A stretch of DNA of 64,000 nucleotides from Burkholderiales bacterium (GTDB lineage Bacteria; Pseudomonadota; Gammaproteobacteria; Burkholderiales; SG8-39), in NCBI GenBank assembly GCA_036274735.1, contig DASUFD010000027.1, positions 1,710 to 65,709 of the forward strand, written 5' to 3'. A program made the translations under genes and the position numbers. The notes beneath the pieces were generated by a model. The model was not told the origin of the DNA. It worked only from the letters and a program-made list of their open reading frames with translations, and ran no database searches. Below, piece after piece: positions 41,678 through 49,874 of this stretch; within the stretch, counting starts at the first letter, position 1, and every line of letters starts with the position of its first letter.

Positions 41678-42682
41678 CTACTTCGGCAGCGGGCCCGGGG
41701 TGAAGAGCTCGACGATCCGCTCGAAGTTCTCCATGCCGCCCGCCTTCTGCATGCGCTCCTTCATGCGCGCCAGGCTCGCCGAGCGCGCGCCCTCGACGAA
41801 GCGCTTCGAGGCCTCCGGCGACTGGGCGATCGTCTTGATGCCGCGCCGCTCGAGCTCCGCCTTCTCCTTCTGCCAGAGCTGCTGCAGCGCCGCCTCGCTC
41901 GAGACCTCGTGCTCGATCGTCACGCGCTGCAGGATCTCGCGTGTCTTCGGCGAGAGCGCGTTCCACTTCTTCAGGTTGACGAGGATGTGCAGGTCGGTGG
42001 AGAAGAAGTCCGGCAGGATCCGGTACTTCAGATAGCGGTCCCAGTTCAGGTCCATGAGGCCGATCTGCGTCCACGCCGTGATCTCCACCGTGCCGCGCTC
42101 GAGGGCCGTATAGAGGTCCGGCGAGTTGACGTTGATCACCTGCGCGCCAAGGTAATTGGTGAGGAAGGCGTTGTAGATGGGATGGCCGCGGACCTTGAAG
42201 CCGCGGATGTCGATGTGGCCGGTCGAGTCGAGCTTGGGCTCCTTGGTCGACCAAAGGTCGAAGCGGATGCCGCTGTCCACCCAGCCGAGGTTGTAGACGC
42301 CGATGCGCTGCTGGTGGATCTTGTTGAGCAGATCCATGCCGCCGTTCTTGCGCGCCGTCGGGCCGTCGATCGTCGAGGCGGAGACCGCGTCGCACTCCGG
42401 GACCTGCGCCGCGTAGAAGGCGCAGGCGGTGTAGATCATGTCGACCACGCCGCTGCGCACCGCGCCCGGCTGCTCCATCATCGGGATCGCCTCCGGGCCG
42501 CCGCGCACCTGTATGCTGAACACGCCCTGGCCCGCCGCGTTCGCCTTCTTCACGAACTCGAGGAAGCTGCGCGAATAGACGAGCGAAGCCGGAAATACGT
42601 GCGTCGCCGTGATGGTGTCGGCAGCGAAGGCCGAGGCCGAGCAGGCCAGGCCGAGCGCCGCGACGAAGCGCAATGCCTTCAT
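41678..42682 (-). CDS. TRAP transporter substrate-binding protein (DctP family)
   Basis: Trimmed to the ATG at 42680-42682, giving 334 aa. Signal peptide MKALRFVAALGLACSASAFA. GGAGGGGG SD. Confidence 0.85.
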   Translation of the reverse strand: MKALRFVAALGLACSASAFAADTITATHVFPASLVYSRSFLEFVKKANAAGQGVFSIQVRGGPEAIPMMEQPGAVRSGVVDMIYTACAFYAAQVPECDAVSASTIDGPTARKNGGMDLLNKIHQQRIGVYNLGWVDSGIRFDLWSTKEPKLDSTGHIDIRGFKVRGHPIYNAFLTNYLGAQVINVNSPDLYTALERGTVEITAWTQIGLMDLNWDRYLKYRILPDFFSTDLHILVNLKKWNALSPKTREILQRVTIEHEVSSEAALQQLWQKEKAELERRGIKTIAQSPEASKRFVEGARSASLARMKERMQKAGGMENFERIVELFTPGPLPK

Positions 42683-42746
42683 TTCTCCCCCTCCGGTGGA
42701 ATGCCGAGTTGTCCTCGAGCCGCGCGGCATCTTACCATCCTGTCCG

Positions 42747-44216
42747 GTGACGACGGTCTTTACTGCGTTCGCGGAAACCGCCCGCGCGCACGGCGCCAAG
42801 CCATTCCTGCAAGTCCTCCCTGAAGAGGTCGAGCTCACGTACGGGCAGGCCTACGAGCGTGTCGAAGCGCTGGCGCGCCGTTACGCGGCGCGCGGCTTCG
42901 GCGTCGGCCACCGCGTCGCTCTCAAGCTGGCGAACTGCAGCGCTTTCCTGCTTCATTTCCTCGCGCTCAACCGCGTCGGCGCATCGGTGGTGCCGCTCAA
43001 CCCCGACTGCCGGCCGGCCGAGCTCGAGTACGTGCTCGAGCACAGCGAGGCGGTGCTGGTCGTCGACTCACCCGCCGTCGACGGCTTCGATCCGCCCCCC
43101 GCGCCGAAGCCCGGCGAGGCGAGCGAATGCGCGCTGCTTTACACCTCGGGGACCACGGGCAAGCCGAAGGGCTGCCTGCTCAGCAACTTCTACTTCCTCT
43201 ACGTAGGGCGTCGCTATGTGGAGGAAGGCGGGCTGTGCGAGCTGCGCTTCGGCGAAGAGCGCCTCATCACGCCCCTGCCGCTCTTCCACATGAACGCGCT
43301 CGCCGTGTCGACGACGGCGATGATCCTGACCGCCGGCTGTGTCGTCCAGCTCGATCGCTTCCACCCGCGCACGTGGTGGCGCGACGTGGTGCGCTCGCGC
43401 GCGACGATCGTGCACTACCTCGGCGTCATGCCCGCCATCCTGATGCGGCAGCCGGCTTCGGCCGATGAGCGCGCGCACGAGGTGCGCTTCGGCTTCGGCG
43501 CCAACGCCAACCCCGCAGACCACGCCGCCTTCGAGCAGCGTTTCGGTTTCCCGCTGATCGAGGCCTGGGCGATGACCGAGACCGGCGGCGCCGGCTACAT
43601 CGCCGCGAGCCGCGAGCCGCGGCACGTCGGCACGCGCTGCATCGGCTTTCCTCGCGACGATCTCGATTTCCGCATCGAGGAGGACACGGGCGAGCTGCTG
43701 GTGCGCCAGCGCGGCGCGGATCCGAGGCGCGGCTTCTTCTCGGGTTACCTGAAGGACGATCGCGCGACCGCGGAAGCGTGGCGCGACGGCTGGTTCCACA
43801 CCGGCGACTGCATGCGCCTGGGCGCCGACGGCGCGCTGCATTTCGTCGATCGGCGCAAGAACATCATCCGCCGCTCCGGCGAGAACATCGCCGCGCTCGA
43901 GGTCGAGGCCGCGCTCGCCGGCCATCCCGCCGTCGCGCAGGTCGCGGTCATCGCCAAGCCGGACGAGGTGCGCGACGAGGAGGTGATGGCGTGCGTCGTG
44001 CTCGCGCCCGAGCATGCGCCGACGCAGAGCACCGCGCTCTCCATCCAGGACTGGTGCCTCGAGCGCCTCGCCTACTTCAAGGCGCCGGGGCATGTCGCGT
44101 TCCTCGCCGAGCTTCCCGTGACCTCGACCAACAAGGTGCAGAAGGCGCGCCTCGCCGACTTCGCCATCGCGCCCGAGCGCAGCTTCGACCTGCGCTCGCG
44201 CAAGCGCCGCCCGTGA
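42747..44216 (+). CDS. AMP-dependent acyl-CoA synthetase/ligase
   Basis: Motif LYTSGTTGKPKG. The track start at 42609 overlaps the dctP 5' end. The GTG at 42747 (VTTVFTAFAETARAHG...) is preferred, with GTG 42696 as an alternative. Confidence 0.8.
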   Translation: MTTVFTAFAETARAHGAKPFLQVLPEEVELTYGQAYERVEALARRYAARGFGVGHRVALKLANCSAFLLHFLALNRVGASVVPLNPDCRPAELEYVLEHSEAVLVVDSPAVDGFDPPPAPKPGEASECALLYTSGTTGKPKGCLLSNFYFLYVGRRYVEEGGLCELRFGEERLITPLPLFHMNALAVSTTAMILTAGCVVQLDRFHPRTWWRDVVRSRATIVHYLGVMPAILMRQPASADERAHEVRFGFGANANPADHAAFEQRFGFPLIEAWAMTETGGAGYIAASREPRHVGTRCIGFPRDDLDFRIEEDTGELLVRQRGADPRRGFFSGYLKDDRATAEAWRDGWFHTGDCMRLGADGALHFVDRRKNIIRRSGENIAALEVEAALAGHPAVAQVAVIAKPDEVRDEEVMACVVLAPEHAPTQSTALSIQDWCLERLAYFKAPGHVAFLAELPVTSTNKVQKARLADFAIAPERSFDLRSRKRRP

Positions 44217-45373
44217 GCCGACGCGGCTACGAGGGGGTTGCCGTCGCGGCGCCGGTAACCGTGCCCTACGTGCGCTACTCGATCCGCGCCGCGCACTGGT
44301 GGCTGGCGAGGGCGCTCGCTTCGCTGTTGCAGGAGTCGGGTCTGGAGAAGGAAGAGCTGGACGGTCTCGCCGTGTCGAGCTTCACGCTCGCGCCCGATAC
44401 GGCGATCGGCCTGACCCAGCACCTGGGCCTCTCGCCGCGCTGGCTCGACCACGTTCCGTTCGGCGGCGCGAGCGGCGTGGTGATGCTCCGGCGCGCGGCG
44501 CGCGCCGTGCAGGCCGGCGACGCCGAGGTCGTCGCGTGTCTCGCCGGGGACACGAATCACGTCGATTCCTTCCGCCTCACGCTCGCGAATTTCAGTCAGT
44601 TCGCGCGCGACGCCGTATATCCCTACGGCGCCGGCGGGCCGAACGCGAGCTTCGCCTTCCTCACCGCCTATTACATGAGCCACTACGGCGCCACGCGCGA
44701 GGACTTCGGCAAGCTGTGCGTGGCGCAGCGGGCCAACGCGCTGAAATTTCCGCACGCGCTTTTCAAGAACCCGCTGACGCTGCAGGAGTACCTTGGCGCG
44801 CGGGCGATCGCCGAGCCCCTGCACCTCTTCGACTGCGTCATGCCCTGCGCCGGCGCCGATGCCTTCCTCGTCATGAGCACCGATCGCGCTCGCTCCCTGG
44901 GTCTCAAGTCCTGTCGCCTTTTGGCAACCATCGAACGGCACAACGCCTTTGCGGCCGACCCGGTGCAGATGCGCGCCGGATGGGCTCTCGATCGCGCCGA
45001 CCTCTACCAGCAGGCGGGTGCCGGCCCGCAGGACATGGACTTCGTCGAAACGTACGACGACTATCCGGTGATCTCGCTCATGCAGCTCGAGGATCTGGGC
45101 TTCTGCGGCAAGGGCGAAGGCGCCGCCTTCGTGCGTCGCCACAGCTTCACCTGGGACGGCAGCTTTCCCCTCAATACGTCGGGCGGACAGCTCTCCGTCG
45201 GTCAAGCCGGCGCGGCGGGCGGTTCGCTCGGCATGGTCGAGGCGCTGCGCCAGCTCACCGGGCAGGCGGCGGCACGCCAGGTCCAGGGCGCAAAGCTCGG
45301 CCTGGTCAGCGGCTTCGGCATGATCAACTTCGATCGCGGCCTCGGGTCGGGCGCCGCCATTCTTTCGTGCTAG
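44213..45373 (+). CDS. thiolase-like (SCP-x/Ltp-type) protein
   Basis: GTG at 44213 overlaps the ligase stop (GTGA), giving 386 aa. Thiolase-fold C-terminal motifs (NTSGGQLSVGQAGAAGG). The expected nucleophile position reads FGGASG rather than C-x-S/T-G. Confidence 0.8.
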   Translation: MSRRGYEGVAVAAPVTVPYVRYSIRAAHWWLARALASLLQESGLEKEELDGLAVSSFTLAPDTAIGLTQHLGLSPRWLDHVPFGGASGVVMLRRAARAVQAGDAEVVACLAGDTNHVDSFRLTLANFSQFARDAVYPYGAGGPNASFAFLTAYYMSHYGATREDFGKLCVAQRANALKFPHALFKNPLTLQEYLGARAIAEPLHLFDCVMPCAGADAFLVMSTDRARSLGLKSCRLLATIERHNAFAADPVQMRAGWALDRADLYQQAGAGPQDMDFVETYDDYPVISLMQLEDLGFCGKGEGAAFVRRHSFTWDGSFPLNTSGGQLSVGQAGAAGGSLGMVEALRQLTGQAAARQVQGAKLGLVSGFGMINFDRGLGSGAAILSC

Positions 45374-46602
45374 AGCGGCCCAAGCGCAAGAATCCGGTCC
45401 TGCGCACGCGCCTGCCGACGCTGCCGCCGGCGGCGCGCAGCCGCATCGCGCTCGGTTTGACGGCCGCGGCCGCGCTCGGACGTTTCGAGCTGCAGCAGTG
45501 CACAAGCTGCGGCACGGTGCAGTACCCGCCGCGCGAGGCATGCCAGAAGTGCCTTTCCGTCAAACTCGCCTGGCGGACGCAGCCGCAAGGCGGCGAGCTG
45601 CTCTCGGCAAGCGTCCTGCACCACAGCAACGACCTCTTCTTCCGCGAGCGCCTCCCCTGGCGGCTCGGCCTGGTGCGCCTTGACTGCGGACCGATCGTGG
45701 TCGCGCACCTGCACGAGGAAGTGGCGCCGGCGCCTTCGCGGGTCAACGTGCAGGTCAAGCTCGATCGCGCCGGCCAAGCGGTGATGGTGGCGCTGCCAAA
45801 CGAGGAGAATGCGAACATGGCCGAAGACCGCCAGCTGCGCGAATTCACCTGCGACCCGAAGTTCCGCAAGGTGCTCGTCACCGACGGCAAGACGCGGCTC
45901 GGCCAGTCCCTGGTCCATGCTTTCGCCGCCGCCAAGGCGGAGCTCATCTGGGTCGGCTACGCCGAGCCGTGGAAGAAGTTCGGCGGCTTCGACGAGCTGA
46001 AAAGCCTGCCGCAGGTCACGCTCCTGCCGCTCGACGTCACCGACTCGAAGAACGTGCGCGAGGTCGCAGGCGAGATCGGCGGCAAGGTCGACATCCTGGT
46101 GAACAATGCCGAGGTGCATCGCACCTATGGCATCGCCAACCGGCCCGGCGTCGATGCGGCGCGCGCCGAGATGGATGTCAACTACTTCGGCCTGCTGCGC
46201 CTCGCGCAGGAGTTCGGCCCGGCGATGCGCTCGCGCGGCGCCGACGGGCTGGCGAGCGCGGTCGCCTGGGTGAACGTGCTCTCGATCTATGCGCTCGCCA
46301 ACTTCCCGCAGCACGGCACTTTCTCCGCGTCGAAGGCCGCCGCCTACTCGCTCGCGCAGTGCCTGCGCGCCGAGATGCGTCCCGCGGGCGTGCGCGTGGT
46401 CAACGTCTTCCCCGGCCCGATCGACGACGAATGGAACCAGCTCCTGCCGCCGCCCAAGCTCGCGCCGGCCAATCTCGCCAATGCGATCGTCAAAGCGCTG
46501 CAGGAAGGCGTCGAGGATGTCTATCCGGGCGACGTCGCGCAGGAATGGCTCGCGCGATGGCGCGACAATCCGAAGGCTTTGGAAAGGGAACTCTCGACAT
46601 GA
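45367..46602 (+). CDS. DUF35 (Zn-ribbon/OB-fold) protein fused to an SDR-like domain
   Basis: GTG at 45367 overlaps the thiolase stop by 7 nt, giving 411 aa. Zn ribbon CTSCGTVQYPPREACQKC. No in-frame stop before the SDR-like half (KVLVTDGKTRLGQ...NNAEV...FSASK). Confidence 0.75.
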   Translation: MLERPKRKNPVLRTRLPTLPPAARSRIALGLTAAAALGRFELQQCTSCGTVQYPPREACQKCLSVKLAWRTQPQGGELLSASVLHHSNDLFFRERLPWRLGLVRLDCGPIVVAHLHEEVAPAPSRVNVQVKLDRAGQAVMVALPNEENANMAEDRQLREFTCDPKFRKVLVTDGKTRLGQSLVHAFAAAKAELIWVGYAEPWKKFGGFDELKSLPQVTLLPLDVTDSKNVREVAGEIGGKVDILVNNAEVHRTYGIANRPGVDAARAEMDVNYFGLLRLAQEFGPAMRSRGADGLASAVAWVNVLSIYALANFPQHGTFSASKAAAYSLAQCLRAEMRPAGVRVVNVFPGPIDDEWNQLLPPPKLAPANLANAIVKALQEGVEDVYPGDVAQEWLARWRDNPKALERELST

Positions 46603-47381
46603 GCGCGCTTGCGCAGCTCGCGCAGGGTCTCGCGACCGGCAAGATCAGGGTCGTCGACCTCACCGAGACCCTCTCGCCCGAGTTCCCCCACATCTCGCTG
46701 CCGCCCGAAATGGGCCAGGCCTGGCCCTTCCGCATCGAGGAGGTCTCGCACTACGACGAGCGCGGGCCGGCGTGGTACTGGAACAACTTCTCCTGCGGCG
46801 AGCATACCGGCACGCACTTCGACGCTCCCGTGCACTGGATTTCCGGCAAGGACCTGGCGAACAACGCGACCGACAGCATTCCGGTCGATCGCTTCATCGG
46901 CCCGGCGTTCGTCATCGACTGCAGCCAGGAGTCGGCGGCCGACCCCGACTTCCTGCTCACCAAGCCCTACCTCCTCGAGTGGGAAAAGCGGCACGCCCGG
47001 ATCGCGCCGCGCTCGTGGGTGCTCATGCGCACCGACTGGTCGAAGCGCAGCACGGATGCCGAGGCCTACCAGAACTACGACGAGACGGGTCAGCACACGC
47101 CTGGCCCCGACGCCGACGCCGTGCGCTTTCTCGTAGAGGAGCGCGACGTGCTCGGCTTCGGCACCGAGTCGATCGGCACCGACGCCGGCCAGGCGTACCA
47201 CCTTCGGCCGCCCTACCCCTGCCATTACTACATGCATGGCGCCGGCCGCTACGGCCTGCAGTGCCTTACCAACCTCGACAAGCTGCCGCCGACCGGCGCC
47301 GTCGTCTTCGCCGCGCCGCTCAAGATACGCAACGGAAGCGGCAGTCCGCTTCGGGTGCTCGCGCTAGTGGAGGAGAAATGA
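46599..47381 (+). CDS. cyclase-family metal-dependent hydrolase (kynurenine formamidase/isatin hydrolase-like)
   Basis: ATGA overlap, 260 aa. Motif CGEHTGTHFDAPVHW. Confidence 0.88.
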   Translation: MSALAQLAQGLATGKIRVVDLTETLSPEFPHISLPPEMGQAWPFRIEEVSHYDERGPAWYWNNFSCGEHTGTHFDAPVHWISGKDLANNATDSIPVDRFIGPAFVIDCSQESAADPDFLLTKPYLLEWEKRHARIAPRSWVLMRTDWSKRSTDAEAYQNYDETGQHTPGPDADAVRFLVEERDVLGFGTESIGTDAGQAYHLRPPYPCHYYMHGAGRYGLQCLTNLDKLPPTGAVVFAAPLKIRNGSGSPLRVLALVEEK

Positions 47382-48151
47382 GCAAGTACAGGATCTGGTT
47401 CCAAGGAGCCACCGACCGTGCGCTCATGGCGCCGTACATCGCCAAGGTCGAAGCGCATTTCAGGGCGGTGCTCGATCCGGAGTTCGACTTCACCTTCAAC
47501 ACGACGACGCCGCCGGCGACGACGACGCACGCGCTCACCGAGTACCGGGTCGGGCGCAACTTCATTCGCAATGCCGTGGAAGCGGAGCGCCAGGGATACG
47601 ACGTCGTGGCGGTCACGCACTTCCAGGATCCCGGGCTTGCGGAAGCGAAGTCCGCCGTCGACATTCCCGTGCTCGGCTTGGGCGAGACGACGCTGCATTT
47701 CTGCCTCACGCTCGGACGCAAGCTGGGGCTCGTCACGATCAATCCCGCCTTCATCCCCTGGCACGAGGACCAGATCGTCAAGTACGGGATGCAGGGCCGG
47801 GTGGTCGGCGTGCGCGCGGTCGACGCGAGCGTGCTCGACTACATCGCCGCCTTCGCGGATGCGGAGGCATTCAGGAAATTGAACCCGCTCTGGGAGCGCG
47901 AGTGCCGCGCCCTGCTCGACGCCGGCGCCGATGTCATCGTCCCCGCCGGCGGCATCCCGATGATGCTCTTTGGCGGCGCGCACGGCGCGAGCATCGACGG
48001 CGCGCCGATCGTCAACGGCATGACGGTCATGGCGAAGAGCGCGGAGCTGGCCGTCAAGCTCAAGCGTGACGCCGGCATCGCGGTGAGCCGGCGCTCGAAC
48101 TTTGCGCGCCCGCCGGAAAAGGCGCTCAACGAGTTCATGGAGCAGGGTTGA
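47378..48151 (+). CDS. Asp/Glu/hydantoin racemase-family protein
   Basis: ATGA overlap, 257 aa. VVAVTHFQDPGL...DIPVLGLGE...GADVIVPAGGIP resembles the hydantoin racemase fold. Confidence 0.75.
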   Translation: MSKYRIWFQGATDRALMAPYIAKVEAHFRAVLDPEFDFTFNTTTPPATTTHALTEYRVGRNFIRNAVEAERQGYDVVAVTHFQDPGLAEAKSAVDIPVLGLGETTLHFCLTLGRKLGLVTINPAFIPWHEDQIVKYGMQGRVVGVRAVDASVLDYIAAFADAEAFRKLNPLWERECRALLDAGADVIVPAGGIPMMLFGGAHGASIDGAPIVNGMTVMAKSAELAVKLKRDAGIAVSRRSNFARPPEKALNEFMEQG

Positions 48152-49389
48152 CTCCGCAAACCCTGGCGCAAAAACTCGTCGCCCGCGCCGCCGGCAAAGA
48201 GAGCGTCACGCCCGGCGAGATCGTCACCTGCAAGGTCGACCTCGCCATGGTTCACGACTCGAGCGGGCCGCGCCGCCTCAAGCCGGTGCTCGAGCGTCTC
48301 GGTGCGAAAGTGTGGGACCCCGCGAGGCTCGTGGTGATCACCGACCACTACGTCCCCGCCTACGACGAAGAGAGCCGCAAGATCCTGCGCATCGCGCGCG
48401 AATGGGTACGCGAGGCGGGCATAGAGCGCTTCCACGACGCCGAGGGCATCTGCCACGTGGTGCTGCCCGAGCGCGGCTATCTCCGCCCCGGCATGTTCGC
48501 CGTCGGCGGCGACAGCCATTCGCCGACCGGCGGCGCTTTCGCCGCGTACATGTTCGGCGTGGGTGCGACCGAGATGCTCGGCGTCGTGGTCACGGGCAAG
48601 ATCTGGCTCAAGGTGCCGCACACCATCGCGATGCATTTCGACGGCGCCCTCGCCGAAGGCGTGTGCGCCAAGGACGTCATGCTCTTCCTCATCGGCCGCT
48701 TCGGCATGGACGGGGGCGGCTATCACGCGGTCGAGTACCGCGGACCGGCGATCCGCAAGCTCGAAATGCAGGAGCGCATGACCCTGTGCAACATGACTGC
48801 CGAGCTCGGCGGCCAGACCGGCCTCATCGCCTCCGACGACGTGACCCGCGACTATCTGGGCGGCGAGATCGAGCTCTGGGACAGCGACCGGGACGCCGAG
48901 CTGCTGGCCGAGCACCGCTTCGATGCCGCGCACATCGAGCCGCAGGTCGGCGCGCCGCACAGCCCGGCGAACAGCCGCCCGGTGAGCGAGTTTCGCGAAA
49001 AGGTCGACGTGGCCTACATCGGCGCGTGCACCGGCGCGAAGCTCGCCGACCTGCGCATGGCGGCCCGCGTGCTGAAAAGCCGGAAGTCCCGGGCGAAGCT
49101 GCTCGTCGCCCCCGCGAGCGTGCGCGATCGGCAGGCGGCCGAGCACGAGGGCACGATCAAGGTCCTCCTCGAGGCCGGCGCCGAGCTCCTGCCCAGTTCG
49201 TGCGGTATGTGCGCGGGCTACGGCGAGCAGCTGCTCGCCGAGAACACGGTGGCGATCTCGAGCACCGCGCGCAACTTCAAGGGGCGCATGGGCTCCGCCT
49301 CGGCGCAGGTCTACCTCGCCTCCCCGTACACCGTCGCCGCCTCGGCCCTCGCCGGCCGCATCGCCGACCCGCGCGAGGTGCTGGCGTGA
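48148..49389 (+). CDS. aconitase-family dehydratase large subunit (LeuC/homoaconitase-like)
   Basis: TTG start overlaps the preceding stop (TTGA), giving 413 aa. Motifs VDLAMVHDSSGP, GGDSHSPTGGA and the Fe-S cysteines in IGACTGAK and SSCGMCAG. Confidence 0.88.
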   Translation: MTPQTLAQKLVARAAGKESVTPGEIVTCKVDLAMVHDSSGPRRLKPVLERLGAKVWDPARLVVITDHYVPAYDEESRKILRIAREWVREAGIERFHDAEGICHVVLPERGYLRPGMFAVGGDSHSPTGGAFAAYMFGVGATEMLGVVVTGKIWLKVPHTIAMHFDGALAEGVCAKDVMLFLIGRFGMDGGGYHAVEYRGPAIRKLEMQERMTLCNMTAELGGQTGLIASDDVTRDYLGGEIELWDSDRDAELLAEHRFDAAHIEPQVGAPHSPANSRPVSEFREKVDVAYIGACTGAKLADLRMAARVLKSRKSRAKLLVAPASVRDRQAAEHEGTIKVLLEAGAELLPSSCGMCAGYGEQLLAENTVAISSTARNFKGRMGSASAQVYLASPYTVAASALAGRIADPREVLA

Positions 49390-49874
49390 AGGCATGGGTC
49401 TTCGGCGACAACGTGGATACCGACGCCATTGCGCCCGGCCGCTACATGAAGCTCGGCATCGAGGAGATCGCGCGGCACAGCATGGAAACCGTGTTGCCGG
49501 AATTCGCCTCTTCGGTGAAGAAAGGCGATTTCGTCGTCGCCGGACGCAATTTCGGCGCCGGGTCCTCGCGCGAGCAGGCGCCCGAAGCGCTCAAGCACCT
49601 GGGCATCGCGGCGCTCATCGCCGAATCCTTCGCCGGCCTCTTCTATCGCAACGCCATCAATCTCGGCCTGCCGGCGCTCGTCTGCGCGCGGGCGAAGCGC
49701 ATCCGGGCCGGCGACGAGCTCGAGCTCGACTGCGCGCGCGGCGAGCTCAGGAACCTGAGCACCGGTGAAGAGCTCGGCTGCGAGCCGATTCCGGCGTTCC
49801 TCATGACCCTCATTCGCGACGGCGGCCTGGTGCCGCATCTCGAGAAAAGGCTGCGATGCAATACGACCTCCTGA
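49386..49874 (+). CDS. aconitase-family dehydratase small subunit (LeuD-like)
   Basis: GTGA overlap, 162 aa. Motifs GDNVDTDAIAPGRY and GRNFGAGSSREQAPEAL. Confidence 0.85.
   Translation: MKAWVFGDNVDTDAIAPGRYMKLGIEEIARHSMETVLPEFASSVKKGDFVVAGRNFGAGSSREQAPEALKHLGIAALIAESFAGLFYRNAINLGLPALVCARAKRIRAGDELELDCARGELRNLSTGEELGCEPIPAFLMTLIRDGGLVPHLEKRLRCNTTS

Noticed and set aside
45818-46602. Treating the SDR-like half as a separate gene starting at the internal ATG (MAEDRQLREF...)
   Set aside because: No in-frame stop separates it from the DUF35 half, so the simplest reading is a fusion. Independent initiation cannot be excluded and is noted in the finding.
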